Notes under the pieces: generated by a model
What the model was told of the DNA's origin: nothing
The model's input: only the letters and a program-made list of their open reading frames with translations
Databases searched by the model: none
Shown: positions 27,018-37,088 of the stretch, one piece after another
Position numbering within the stretch: the first letter of the stretch is position 1
Layout: every line of letters starts with the position of its first letter
From: an uncultured Nitrospiraceae bacterium
Lineage (GTDB): Bacteria; Nitrospirota; Thermodesulfovibrionia; Thermodesulfovibrionales; Dissulfurispiraceae
Reading direction: 5' to 3'
NCBI GenBank assembly: GCA_963705105.1
Contig: CAVPIW010000009.1
Location: 96,001 to 160,000 of the forward strand
DNA: 64,000 nt
Program-made: the position numbers and the translations under genes

Positions 27018-27090
27018 ACCCTTTCGAAGCGATATCCCTATTTTTTCACTCGTGAGCAGTTCTCATGCAGTCGTCAGCTTCCGGATCCTG

Positions 27091-28989
27091 TCAGAAGTAA
27101 GCCCTCAGGCCGCCTTCGAACACCCGCTTCGGGTTCCTGATGACCGGTATCGCGTATTGCACATTGTTGAAGAGATTCTTGACGGACAGGAAAAGCTCGG
27201 GCGTCACAAATCCCGCCGCCTTGAAAGTCTTCGTGACATTGAGATCGAAGATGAAGGAGTCATAACGGGCGCCGTCTTCCTGTGGCGCGTCCCACCAGAC
27301 ATATCTGCCGTCGAGAGAAGCCCTCAGGGATCCCCTGACATAGTTGATCCCGATGTTATAGAGATAGCGGGGAGCGATACCCCGGATGCGCATGCCCGTC
27401 TCCCTGTCTTCCGAATCGATGAAGGCCATCGCGAAATAGGGGAAGAGACCGGCCGGGAGAGAGGCCCTGATCTCCGCATCGAATCCCTGTATTCTCTGTT
27501 TGCCGCTGTTGATCTCCGTCGTTGTGCTCCCGGCAGGCACTCTCACCAGGGTGTTTCTCGTATTATGGAGAAAGGCCGTCACCTTTGCCGCCAGGGACTG
27601 AAGCGGGGAAAACTCGATCCCGCCCTGATACGATGTGACCCGCTCCATTTCAAGGTCGGGGTTCCCCGTAAAGGTGAACGTCCTCGCCAGCGTTGTCGCG
27701 AGCGGCGGAATGCTGAACCCCTCGGCGACGTAGAACTTCACAACGGTGCTGTCCGAGACCTTGCAGGAGATGCCGAGACTGGGGCTCGTATTGTTGCCGT
27801 TTGTGCTCGTATCGTCATAGCGTATGCCCGGCGTGATATTCAGCGGTCCCACCCGTACCGTGCCGTTGGCGAAAAAGGCCCACTGCTCAAGGTCACCCCC
27901 GCCGCCGGTCAGGGCTGATGAAACCACCTTCCCCTTCTTGTATTCGAAGCCGGCGGCAAAATCATGCTTGCCAGCCTCTCCCAGGAAAAGAAGACTCAAA
28001 CCGCGGTTCACCTCGTCGAAGTCCTGCCTGTTCAGAAGCGATCGTTGTCCCAATTCCAGCACATCGAGCGTCGTATCGAAGGAGGCATACTTGAATTTCA
28101 GTTCCGACCGGAGCCATTCCGTGATCCTCTTGTCCAACTTCAGGGAAAGATAGAGGAACCGTGATTCCGTTTCAAAGGCGATGTCCTGCTCGTTGACGGC
28201 GCCGCTGCCCTGGTCAAAGGTCGAGTAGCCGAATGCGGCGGAGAGACTGTCCGACGGACCGAGGTCCCAGATCACCTTGCCATGGATGTTCCCCCCGGAG
28301 AACTCCGTATTTTCACGGGACCCGTTCGTATGGGCATGATTTCCGTAGAGATAGTACCCGAGGCGGTTCACCTGCCCCCTGATCTCCGCCCCTGTATCAT
28401 AGGTGGCATAAGACCCGTACGAGACATGGGCGAAGCCCGAGAGGGGACGCTCGCCCGGGTTTTTCGTGATCACGTTGATGACCCCGCCGAGAGATGACCC
28501 CCAGGCCGATGACGCCGGTCCCTTGATGACCTCGACACGATCGATCATGTGAACGGGAATGAACTCCAGGTTGGCGTGACGATCGGAGGTCGTCGAGACC
28601 TCGACACCGTCGATCATGACGAGGACGTGCCTGAAGTCGGAACCGAGGATGCCCACAGGACCATAGTTGCCGATGGCGCCGTACCGGTCCATATAGACGC
28701 CGATGACCCGCGTGATGACGTCGCCGAGAGTATGGGCGTTCCATTGTTTGATCTGCTGCTCCGTCAGGACGGAAACATTCTCCGCCACCTGGCTGATCGG
28801 AAGGACCCTCCGCGACGACGAGAGGAAACCTTCATCAAACATGAGCGTGATACCCTCGTCCTCGGACAGGCGGGATTCCTGCTCCGCCGCCTGACAGGGA
28901 CCCGAGAGAATGACGATGACATAGAGGACAAAGAGGAAAAGAATGATGCCGTTGACGCGAAGGACACCGCTTCGTCCCGCCGCGCTCAC
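27091..28989 (-). CDS. TonB-dependent outer-membrane receptor
   Basis: Plug motif IDRVEVIKGPASSAWGSSLGGVINVITK, barrel, C-terminal Phe. Confidence 0.92.
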   Translation of the reverse strand: MSAAGRSGVLRVNGIILFLFVLYVIVILSGPCQAAEQESRLSEDEGITLMFDEGFLSSSRRVLPISQVAENVSVLTEQQIKQWNAHTLGDVITRVIGVYMDRYGAIGNYGPVGILGSDFRHVLVMIDGVEVSTTSDRHANLEFIPVHMIDRVEVIKGPASSAWGSSLGGVINVITKNPGERPLSGFAHVSYGSYATYDTGAEIRGQVNRLGYYLYGNHAHTNGSRENTEFSGGNIHGKVIWDLGPSDSLSAAFGYSTFDQGSGAVNEQDIAFETESRFLYLSLKLDKRITEWLRSELKFKYASFDTTLDVLELGQRSLLNRQDFDEVNRGLSLLFLGEAGKHDFAAGFEYKKGKVVSSALTGGGGDLEQWAFFANGTVRVGPLNITPGIRYDDTSTNGNNTSPSLGISCKVSDSTVVKFYVAEGFSIPPLATTLARTFTFTGNPDLEMERVTSYQGGIEFSPLQSLAAKVTAFLHNTRNTLVRVPAGSTTTEINSGKQRIQGFDAEIRASLPAGLFPYFAMAFIDSEDRETGMRIRGIAPRYLYNIGINYVRGSLRASLDGRYVWWDAPQEDGARYDSFIFDLNVTKTFKAAGFVTPELFLSVKNLFNNVQYAIPVIRNPKRVFEGGLRAYF

Positions 28990-29156
28990 AGACCTCCCGA
29001 AGTGACATTGATCCAGCGGACACCACCTCCCGGCGTTTCATCGATGCTCCGATTCCGGAGCTGCAAAAAGTCGTGTTATCAAGAATATGCGATTACCGTT
29101 CCCCAAGTCAACCGTCCGCCGGGGACGTGTGGTATCATGTCACTGGAATACATGAT

Positions 29157-30089
29157 ATGCTCCGATACATCCTGAAAAGAACCGTCCTCCTCGTTCCCGT
29201 CCTCCTGGGGATCACCCTCTGCACCTTCGCGCTCCTGAAGACCCTGCCGGGAGACCCTGTTCTGAGCCTTGTCGGTGAAAGGGCAAGCCCTGAGACGATC
29301 GCCCTCATGCGGGAGCATCTCGGCGCCGACAGGGGACTCTTCGAGCAGTACAGGGGCTATCTCGGCCTCCTCCTGCGCGGCGACTTCGGGCGTTCCCATT
29401 ACACGGGAAGGCCGGTCCGGGCGGACATGGCCTCGAAATTCCCGAACACCCTGATGCTCGCCTTCGGGGCGCTCCTTGCCGCCGTTCCTCTCGGCGTGAC
29501 AGCAGGCTTCTTATCCGCCTTCTTCAGGGAAAGGATGATCGGGCGGTGCATCGACGGCTGCGCGATGGCGGCCCTGAGTGTTCCCGTCTTCTGGAGCGCC
29601 ATCATCATCATGATGGTAATGAGCCTGCAGATGAAATGGTTCCCTCCTTCGGGCACAGGCGGCATCAGGTTCCTCGTGCTGCCCTGTCTCGTCCTCGCCA
29701 TCCCCGCGATGGCGACCCTCTGCCGGGTGACAAAGACAGCCGTCGTCGACGTCCTGCGCATGCCCTGCATCCTCACGGCCCGGGCAAAAGGACTTCCCCA
29801 ATTTTCGATCACCGCCGTCCACGTGCTGAAAAACGCCGTCATCCCTATCGTCACCGTGATCGGCCTCGACTTCGGCAGCTACCTCAACGGTGCGGTCGTC
29901 ACGGAAACCATCTTCGGCTGGGACGGCATCGGCCGTTTCACCATGGAAGGGATCATCAAGCGGGATTACCCGGTCATCATGGGATGCATCATCATCGGGA
30001 CGGTGACTTTCGTGGTGGTGAACCTGATCACCGACCTCCTCTATCACGCCCTTGACCCGAGGATCAGGATCCATGTCAAAGACAGGTAG
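29157..30089 (+). CDS. dppB: Peptide/nickel ABC transporter permease (DppB/OppB)
   Basis: LPGDP, GDFGRS, TARAKGL EAA-like loop, RDYPVI. Confidence 0.9.
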   Translation: MLRYILKRTVLLVPVLLGITLCTFALLKTLPGDPVLSLVGERASPETIALMREHLGADRGLFEQYRGYLGLLLRGDFGRSHYTGRPVRADMASKFPNTLMLAFGALLAAVPLGVTAGFLSAFFRERMIGRCIDGCAMAALSVPVFWSAIIIMMVMSLQMKWFPPSGTGGIRFLVLPCLVLAIPAMATLCRVTKTAVVDVLRMPCILTARAKGLPQFSITAVHVLKNAVIPIVTVIGLDFGSYLNGAVVTETIFGWDGIGRFTMEGIIKRDYPVIMGCIIIGTVTFVVVNLITDLLYHALDPRIRIHVKDR

Positions 30090-30879
30090 CATCCTTCTCG
30101 TCGCCCTCCTGGCGCTCTTTGCCTTTTCGCTCCTGTCTCCCCTTATCACGCCGCTGGACCCTTACGGCATCGACCTCGATGCCCTCCGACTGCCTCCTTC
30201 GCCGGAGCATCCCTTCGGCACCGACAGCAAAGGCCGGGACATCCTCTCACGGATCATCCACGGGGCCCGCATCTCGATCGGCATCGCCCTCCTTTCAGCC
30301 CTCGTCTCCGCCTCCGTCGGGTTTGCCGTCGGCCTGACATCGGGGTACTTCGGGGGGCGGTTCGACACAATAATGATGGCAGTCGTCGATTTCGTCCTCT
30401 CATTCCCGTCGCTGCTGCTCGCTGTCGCCATCTCGATCGTCCTGCCGCCGGGTCCGGCAACAGCCGTTATCGCCATAGCCGCCGTCGGGTGGACGTCCTT
30501 TGCGCGGCTCATCAGGGGATACGTGATGACCGTCAGGACCATGCCCTTCATTGAAGCGGCCCGTGCCATGGGGTGCAGCCACGCGAGGGTGCTGCTCGCC
30601 CACATCGCTCCCCTTTGCATTCCCCTGAGCCTCGTTCTCATGGGCATCAAGATCGGGGGGTTCATTCTCACCGAGGCGACCCTCAGTTTCCTGGGGCTCG
30701 GCGTGCAGCCCCCCACACCGACGTGGGGCTCCATGATCAGCGCCCACAGGGGATACCTGCTGAGCGCGCCCTGGATGGTCCTGTTCCCGGGCCTTGCCAT
30801 TTCCCTGACGGCATTCTGTTTCAACGTGATCGGCGAATCACTGCGGAAGAGGTTCGATTTCAAAGACCCGGGGGTATAG
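30073..30879 (+). CDS. dppC: Peptide/nickel ABC transporter permease (DppC/OppC)
   Basis: HPFGTD..GRDILSR, FIEAARAMG, EATLSFLGLG. Confidence 0.9.
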   Translation: MSKTGSILLVALLALFAFSLLSPLITPLDPYGIDLDALRLPPSPEHPFGTDSKGRDILSRIIHGARISIGIALLSALVSASVGFAVGLTSGYFGGRFDTIMMAVVDFVLSFPSLLLAVAISIVLPPGPATAVIAIAAVGWTSFARLIRGYVMTVRTMPFIEAARAMGCSHARVLLAHIAPLCIPLSLVLMGIKIGGFILTEATLSFLGLGVQPPTPTWGSMISAHRGYLLSAPWMVLFPGLAISLTAFCFNVIGESLRKRFDFKDPGV

Positions 30880-30880
30880 A

Positions 30881-31020
30881 AAAACAGTGCAAGTGTGAGT
30901 GTCAGTGTGAGTGAACAAAACAGTAAGAAAAACAGTGCAAGTGCGAGTGTCAGTGTGAGTGAACAAAACAGTAAGAAAAACAGTGATAGTGTCAGTGTCA
31001 GTGTGAGTGATAGTGACAAC
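30881..31020. repeat. Tandem 48-bp repeat (about 2.9 units) built from (C/G)AGTGT-like hexamers
   Basis: AAAACAGTGCAAGTG(T/C)GAGTGTCAGTGTGAGTGAACAAAACAGTAAGA twice plus a divergent third unit. Confidence 0.85.
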
Positions 31021-31133
31021 GAGAGGATCCATCAATCCCTATTATTGGATACGTTTTTCGGTAAGGCAAGGGCGAAGATACCTCTATAACAGTCATTCAG
31101 TCATTTGTGGATAGTCGGAACGAACACCCAGGA

Positions 31134-31301
31134 GGGAAGGCTGATGTGGTGAAAAACCTTTCCGCTACGATACCTTATTCGTCACCAGACCACACTTTGC
31201 CGTGTCTATCGGCAGCAAATGCCCGCCAGGCAACAAGCGCTGAACACCCTGAGATGTCTCATCATCGCATTGGAAAGGCTTTGAACCATATCTGCCTTCC
31301 C
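31134..31301. repeat. Palindromic/MITE-like element family C, copy 2 (inverted)
   Basis: Reverse-complement match to 4903-5070 with the same core length. Confidence 0.8.
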
Positions 31302-31511
31302 GGAGGCAGCGGTAGTGACACCGACACTGACACTCACACTGTCACTGTTTTTCAGAGCGCTTCGCCCCGCCTTTTCACACGCCGCTGTCCACTTGCACTC
31401 ACACTGTCACTGCCTTATTCTTTGCGCTCTTTGCGGCTTTGCGTGAGACAGTCCTGGTCTTTAAACAATTCCTTTCAATGACACTCGCACTCACACTCAC
31501 ACTGGTTCTAA

Positions 31512-32183
31512 TCAGGATACGACGATGCCGTCTTTGAGCTGGATGAGACGCTTGGCGTAGGACGCGACGGCCTGATCGTGGGTGATGACGATGACGGTCT
31601 TCCCCCGTTCGTGCATGGTGGTGAGGAGGCTCATGATCTCCGTCGCCGTTTTACTGTCGAGCTGACCTGTCGGCTCGTCGGCGAGGAGGAGGTCCGGGTC
31701 GTTGACGAGGGCGCGGGCGATGGCGACGCGCTGCTGCTGACCTCCCGAGAGCTGGTTCGGCTTGAACTTCTTTCTGTCGCCGAGGCCCACGAGTTCGAGG
31801 AGTTCGAGGGCCCGTTTCTCCGCGCTGTCCCGCTTCTTGTCCATGTAGAGCGTCGGCAGGAGGACGTTTTCGAGGACCGTCGCGTAGGGCAGCAGGTAGA
31901 AATTCTGGAAGACGAAGCCGATGTGCTCGTTCCGTATCACCGAGAGCTCGTCGTCCGACAGATGGGAGACTTCTTTCCCTGCGAGGACGTACCGGCCCGA
32001 TGTGGGCGTGTCGAGACAGCCGATGATGTTCATGAGGGTTGTCTTTCCCGAGCCCGAGGCGCCCATGATCGCCACGAACTCGCCTTCGCCCACCGCCATG
32101 TTGACGCCCTTCAGCACGTCTACGTCGTCCTCTCCGATCCTGAAGGTCTTCTTGATGTCCTCCATCAGGCAGAGTACGGCCAT
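31512..32183 (-). CDS. ABC transporter ATP-binding protein (MacB/LolD type)
   Basis: GASGSGKTT, LSGGQQQRVAIARAL, ADEPTG. Confidence 0.93.
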   Translation of the reverse strand: MAVLCLMEDIKKTFRIGEDDVDVLKGVNMAVGEGEFVAIMGASGSGKTTLMNIIGCLDTPTSGRYVLAGKEVSHLSDDELSVIRNEHIGFVFQNFYLLPYATVLENVLLPTLYMDKKRDSAEKRALELLELVGLGDRKKFKPNQLSGGQQQRVAIARALVNDPDLLLADEPTGQLDSKTATEIMSLLTTMHERGKTVIVITHDQAVASYAKRLIQLKDGIVVS

Positions 32184-32186
32184 GGG

Positions 32187-33395
32187 CTATTTTCTGTTCT
32201 GCTGAGCTTCGGGCTTCGTTTCCGTCGGCAATACGAGTTTCGTCGCGACCTGATCACCTTCGGCGATACCGGAAAGCACCTCCGTCCTCTCCTCGCCCCT
32301 GATGCCGATCTTCACGTCCTTCTTCTCCACCTTGTTCGGGCCGGTGACCTTGAAGACGACCTGCTTGCCCCGTTCGAACTTAATTGCTGAATTCGGCACA
32401 GTCAGGATCCCCTTCTTCTCGTCGAAGACCACCTTGACGTGCGTCGTCATCTCGGGCCGGAGAAACTGGGCGTCTTCGGCCGTGACCTTCACGATGGTCA
32501 GATAGTACACGATATTGTCCTTGACGACGGGCTGGGGGTAGATCTTCTCGATCTTCCCCTGAAAGAGCCGGCTCGGATAGGTGTCGACGTAATATTCCAC
32601 ATGATGCCCCAGTTTGACCTTGCCCACATCGGTCTCGTCGACATAGATCCACATCTCGAGACTCTTGGGATCGAGGACGGTGACGAGATTCGCCACCTGG
32701 AGGCCGGCGACGATCGTCTCGCCCTCCTGGGCGGTCACATCGGAGACGATCCCGTCGATGGGCGCGTAGATCTTCGTGTAGGAAAGCCGCGTCTCCTGCT
32801 GGCGCAACTGGGCCGTCGCCTCGTCGATATTCGCCCCGATGATCTTCGGCTGCGTCTCATATTCATCTTCAGCCCGTTTGAGGGCCGCTTCCGTTGCCTC
32901 AAACTGGCTCCTCGACCTGTCCACGGCGTCCTTCGTCGTGTACTCCCGCTTCAGCAGCTCCTGCTCGCGTTCATGGGTCACCTTCGCGTACTCATATGTC
33001 GCCTTCGCTTCCCGGATCCGCTGCGGGTATGTCAGCTCGATCTGCCTGAGCGTGTTCTGCGACGCCGCAATGGCAGCCTTCTGCTGGTCGATGGCCTTCA
33101 GGACCTCGCGGTCATCGATGAGAGCGATGAGCTGTCCCGCTCTGACCTTGTCGCCGATCTTCACCTTCATGCTCACGATCGTGCCCGTCGCCCGGGCGCC
33201 GATCTTGACGACTGCGCCGACCTGGGGTTTAATGATGCCCGTCGCGACAAGCACCCCCCTGATATCGCCCCGCTCGGCCGTCGCCGACTCGATCACCTTC
33301 GTCTCGGGCTTCTTCAGGTATGTCCTGTACACGAACACCCCTCCGCCTGCGAGGACAACGGCGATGACGAGAATGATCAGGATCTTTTTTCTCAC
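32187..33395 (-). CDS. Efflux periplasmic adaptor (MacA type)
   Basis: N-terminal TM anchor, barrel-sandwich, IYAPIDG, VDETDVG. Confidence 0.9.
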   Translation of the reverse strand: MRKKILIILVIAVVLAGGGVFVYRTYLKKPETKVIESATAERGDIRGVLVATGIIKPQVGAVVKIGARATGTIVSMKVKIGDKVRAGQLIALIDDREVLKAIDQQKAAIAASQNTLRQIELTYPQRIREAKATYEYAKVTHEREQELLKREYTTKDAVDRSRSQFEATEAALKRAEDEYETQPKIIGANIDEATAQLRQQETRLSYTKIYAPIDGIVSDVTAQEGETIVAGLQVANLVTVLDPKSLEMWIYVDETDVGKVKLGHHVEYYVDTYPSRLFQGKIEKIYPQPVVKDNIVYYLTIVKVTAEDAQFLRPEMTTHVKVVFDEKKGILTVPNSAIKFERGKQVVFKVTGPNKVEKKDVKIGIRGEERTEVLSGIAEGDQVATKLVLPTETKPEAQQNRK

Positions 33396-33473
33396 GAAAG
33401 GATCACCACTTCGCCGCGGGTATCACTTCCCGAACGGCCCGATATGCTCGCACTCACACTCACACTCGTCTTT

Positions 33474-34793
33474 TCACCGGTTCGCCAGTTCGAGCCTCTC
33501 GATACCGACGACCCGTTCGAGCTGGGACTTGGCGAGAATGACGGCGAGGCGTGATGCCACCAGCTGCTCCCGCGCCGTCGAAAGCTGACTTTCAGCCTGG
33601 ACGAGGGACAGGATGTCGCCCTTGCCGACCTTGTATTCGCCGTATGCCTGCGCGTAGTTCTGTTCCGCCTGTTTGAGCTGCTGGTGCGCCACCTTAAGCT
33701 GATTCCGCGTTGTGAGGAAATCCTCGTAGGCCTTGTCGACGTCGAGCAGGATGGTCCTCTTGGTATCGTTCAGCAGTTCCGCCGAAACGTTCTGCTCGAT
33801 GACCGATGACCGATACTGGTAGAATTTCCCGAGCTCGAAGATGTTCCACGTGGCGGTGAAGCCGAGCACCGTTTCCTCCGTGATCGCGCCGGTGCCCGTG
33901 GCGATCCCCGCAAGGCCTCCCGATGAACTCTGGTACGTGGCGTTCACGCCGAGGATGGGGAAAAAGGTGCTGAGGCTCAGCAGCCTGCTGCTCTCCGTTA
34001 TCTTGAGGGTGTTTTCCGCCTGCCTGATCTCGGGCCTTCCGAGGGCGATCTCATAGACCGCTTCCCTCGAAGGCGGCTGGAACTCCATGTCGAGAGAGCC
34101 ATGGAGCTCGTAGCGGTCCTGGAGCGGCTTGCCGATCAACGAGTTGAGGTCTGCATAGGCCTTGTTGAGGTTGCCCTCGGACTGGACGACGTTGAACCGT
34201 GACTGCTCGAGCCTCACCGATGCCTGGAGCACTTCGGACAGCCGCGCAACGCCGAACTTGTATCGCCCCTCCGCCACCTCGAAATCCTTCTGCGTGTCCT
34301 GGAACTGGAGCTTCCTCTGCTCGAGCGTCTCCTTCTGGGCCAGGGTGCTGTAGAAGGCACTCTTGACGCCGAATTCGAGATCGAGCATATTCGTCTTGAG
34401 TAGCTCTCTGTCGCTTTCGAGGGTGAGCCGCGAAATCTCCCTGTTGGCCCTCCTCCGGCCCCCGTCGAACAACGTGTAGGAGGCGGTCACATCGTACAGG
34501 CGGGTGTTGAATTCCTCCGGCGATGTCATATGGCGCTGCTGGACCGTCGATGCGTCGACAGAGGGGAAATAGGGGCCGAGGGTCGATTTGTACAGTTCCT
34601 GGCTCGACTGGACGCGGAAGGCCGCCGCCCTGTAAAAGGGGACATGCTCCCGCGCCATACTAATCGCTTCCTCGATCTTCAGGGCCTGGGCATGAACGGG
34701 AATGATGAGAAAGAGAAGGATGAGAAGGATAATCGCCTCCCGAACCTTATCAGCTGCCCTTATCAAATCTCTGTGATGTCCTGGCGTCTTCAT
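33474..34793 (-). CDS. TolC-family outer-membrane efflux protein
   Basis: OEP repeats (YTLFDGG, RYKFG, YKVG); start uncertain. Confidence 0.88.
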   Translation of the reverse strand: MKTPGHHRDLIRAADKVREAIILLILLFLIIPVHAQALKIEEAISMAREHVPFYRAAAFRVQSSQELYKSTLGPYFPSVDASTVQQRHMTSPEEFNTRLYDVTASYTLFDGGRRRANREISRLTLESDRELLKTNMLDLEFGVKSAFYSTLAQKETLEQRKLQFQDTQKDFEVAEGRYKFGVARLSEVLQASVRLEQSRFNVVQSEGNLNKAYADLNSLIGKPLQDRYELHGSLDMEFQPPSREAVYEIALGRPEIRQAENTLKITESSRLLSLSTFFPILGVNATYQSSSGGLAGIATGTGAITEETVLGFTATWNIFELGKFYQYRSSVIEQNVSAELLNDTKRTILLDVDKAYEDFLTTRNQLKVAHQQLKQAEQNYAQAYGEYKVGKGDILSLVQAESQLSTAREQLVASRLAVILAKSQLERVVGIERLELANR

Positions 34794-34950
34794 GTTGATC
34801 CTTACCAGTATAGCCCAAAGCCTCCCGCCGCGTCTAACCGCTTACGCGATCGATTGAGTGACAGTGTGAGTGTGAGTGTCAGTGAGAGGATGCTGTGTCT
34901 CATCGAGAATCGGTCATCCCGGCTCGTCCGGGATCTCTCCTAAAGACGGC

Positions 34951-35141
34951 CCTTGCAGTTGCATGAAAAGGCGGGCCGAAGCGCTCTGAAAGACAGTGTA
35001 AGTAACAGTGCGAGTGTCAGTGAAGGGTTCGCCTTTTTTCAGTCTTTTGCCCGAAATGGTCTGTGGGAATGGGCAACCATATGAGACTGATTCTCTCGTG
35101 AATAGCAGAAAGAAAATGCTCCTGCCACTGACACTCACACT
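34951..35141. repeat. Repeat family B, copy 2 (inverted)
   Basis: Reverse-complement match to 12845-13054; begins CCTTGCAGTTGCATGAAAAGGCGGG. Confidence 0.78.
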
Positions 35142-36322
35142 TTATTATTTATCTGTGCGTTGACGATCTCGGAGATTTTTTTAAGTGGGTTGCCTGTATT
35201 CTTTGAAATGGCAACGAGGTCGTCGAACTCCGCCGTGGCGGAAACGACGACATCGCCCCGTTTTGCGATCTTCACCCGCACATCGCCGAATTCCGTCGTC
35301 ACCGTTCGTATCTCACGATCGAGCGTCGACCGCTGCCAGGAAGAGAACCTCACCCCGAGGGTCGTTGTCTCCCTGAACAGGAGGTCGATGAGCGCGGACC
35401 TGTCGGCTTCGCGGCAGAGGACCGTCATCCTTGTCCCCGGCCTGCCCTTTTTCATAATGATCTGATCGAGCGAGACATCGAGGGCGCCCGCACTGAACAG
35501 CATCTCCATGACGGGCCCGTAGAACTGGGGGTTCATGTCGTCGATGTTCGTCTCAATGACAGTGACGGATTCGCCGGACCCGGGGCCGGGCTGACGAATA
35601 ACCGATTCGCCGGTGATCAGCCTGAGGACATTGGGGCTGTCGCTGAAATCCTTGTTCCCTGCCCCGTAGCCAGTCTGAACGATTGTCATCTCCGGACAGG
35701 GGGAGGGAACGGCGCCGAGTCCCTTCAGGAGCGCCGCGCCCGTCGGAGTGGTGAGCTCGCAGGACACGCCGGAGGAGTAGACGGGATAACCCTTCAGGAG
35801 TTCCACCGTGGCCGGCGCCGGCACGGGCAGAACGCCGTGTGACGTCTTCACCGTTCCGCTTCCGACGTTGACCGGAGACACGCAGAGCCTTTCGATCCCA
35901 AGGAGGGAGAGGCCGATGACCGTGCCGAAGATGTCGACCAGGCAATCGACGGCGCCCAGTTCATGAAGGTGAATGGCGTCGAAAGGCTTTCCGTGCACCT
36001 TCGCCTCGGCCTCGAAAAGCCCCCGGAATATGTGAAGACCCCTCTCTTTCATCTGTGGGGTCAGACTTGCAAATTGCGCAATCTCGACAATATCCTTCCA
36101 GGTCCTCGCTTCCGCCTTGCTCTCCCTGTCAAGAATGACGTCCACCTTCGTCGCGGCGATGCCGCACCGCGTCACAGGCCTGATGGAGAGTTCGTATCCC
36201 GCGATGCCGAGCTTTGCCAACTCCTGTTGCAGCGCTGCGCCGTCGACCCCCGCATCGACGAGGGAGCCGAGGAACATGTCTCCGCTGATGCCGGAGAAAC
36301 AATTAAGATAGGAGATTATCAT
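35135..36322 (-). CDS. larC: Nickel-pincer cofactor biosynthesis protein LarC
   Basis: SGISGDMFLG, HLHELGAVD, HG.LPVPAPA, ELTTPTGAA, ETNIDD, MKKGRPG, ETTTLG. Confidence 0.93.
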   Translation of the reverse strand: MIISYLNCFSGISGDMFLGSLVDAGVDGAALQQELAKLGIAGYELSIRPVTRCGIAATKVDVILDRESKAEARTWKDIVEIAQFASLTPQMKERGLHIFRGLFEAEAKVHGKPFDAIHLHELGAVDCLVDIFGTVIGLSLLGIERLCVSPVNVGSGTVKTSHGVLPVPAPATVELLKGYPVYSSGVSCELTTPTGAALLKGLGAVPSPCPEMTIVQTGYGAGNKDFSDSPNVLRLITGESVIRQPGPGSGESVTVIETNIDDMNPQFYGPVMEMLFSAGALDVSLDQIIMKKGRPGTRMTVLCREADRSALIDLLFRETTTLGVRFSSWQRSTLDREIRTVTTEFGDVRVKIAKRGDVVVSATAEFDDLVAISKNTGNPLKKISEIVNAQINNKV

Positions 36323-36438
36323 GTCCTATTGTACATCATCGCCACAGGGATCGTCTGACCGGATCGACGGGGAGAGTGATTCCGCGATGCCTTTCGGTTT
36401 AATATATTGACAGGACGGATAGGAAAAGGTGACGGAAA

Positions 36439-36978
36439 ATGAAGATAGTTGCTGATCGAACAATCAACGGGAAGACGATTCGCCTCGTCCTTGGCGACAT
36501 TACGGAGCGGGACACTGACGCCATCGTGAATGCTGCGAACTCCTATCTGCAGCACGGCGGTGGGGTAGCCGGGGCCATCGTCCGGAAGGGGGGGCAGATC
36601 ATACAGGACGAGAGTGACAAAATCGGTTTTGTCCCTGTCGGCCATGCCGCGATCACGACGGCAGGGAAACTGCCGGCAAAGTATGTCATCCATGCCGTCG
36701 GACCGAGGATGGGAGAGGGAGATGAAGACAACAAGCTGAAAAGTGCCGCCTGGAGCAGCCTGCAACTCGCCTCCGAGAAGGGCTTGAGGAGTATCGCCAT
36801 GCCGGCCGTCAGTTCCGGCATATTCGGCTTTCCCAAGGACCGCTGTGCTGCCATCCTCGTCGGAGAAGCAACGAGGTTTTTAGAGGCGAGGAGCGACTCT
36901 GCCGTCGAGATTATCGAGTTCTGCCTCTTCGATGAAAATACCCTCTCCCATTTTCAGCGCGAATTTGATAAACTATAA
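36439..36978 (+). CDS. Macro-domain protein (ADP-ribose hydrolase, YmdB-like)
   Basis: GDIT, AIVNAAN..L.HGGGVAGAI, HAVGP, SSGIFGFP. Confidence 0.93.
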   Translation: MKIVADRTINGKTIRLVLGDITERDTDAIVNAANSYLQHGGGVAGAIVRKGGQIIQDESDKIGFVPVGHAAITTAGKLPAKYVIHAVGPRMGEGDEDNKLKSAAWSSLQLASEKGLRSIAMPAVSSGIFGFPKDRCAAILVGEATRFLEARSDSAVEIIEFCLFDENTLSHFQREFDKL

Positions 36979-37016
36979 AGTCATTGAACATCGTCTGTGT
37001 CAGACGCTTCCTTGAT

Positions 37017-37088
37017 GCCGGGATAGCACAGTGGTAGTGCAGCTGATTCGTAATCAGCAGGTCGACGGTTCGAATCCGTTTCCCGGCT
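37017..37088 (+). tRNA. tRNA-Thr (anticodon CGT)
   Basis: GCCGGGA acceptor stem, anticodon arm GCTGA-TTCGTAA-TCAGC, GGTTCGAATCC T-arm; CCA not encoded. Confidence 0.95.

Noticed and set aside
28990..29150. Cobalamin riboswitch upstream of the TonB receptor
   Set aside because: The region is short and has no B12-box-like sequence
30881..31020. Possible CRISPR array
   Set aside because: The 48-bp units are contiguous and near-identical with no unique spacers, and there are no cas genes in the window
35135..36322. Lactate racemase cluster
   Set aside because: Only larC is present in the window, and stand-alone larC genes are common
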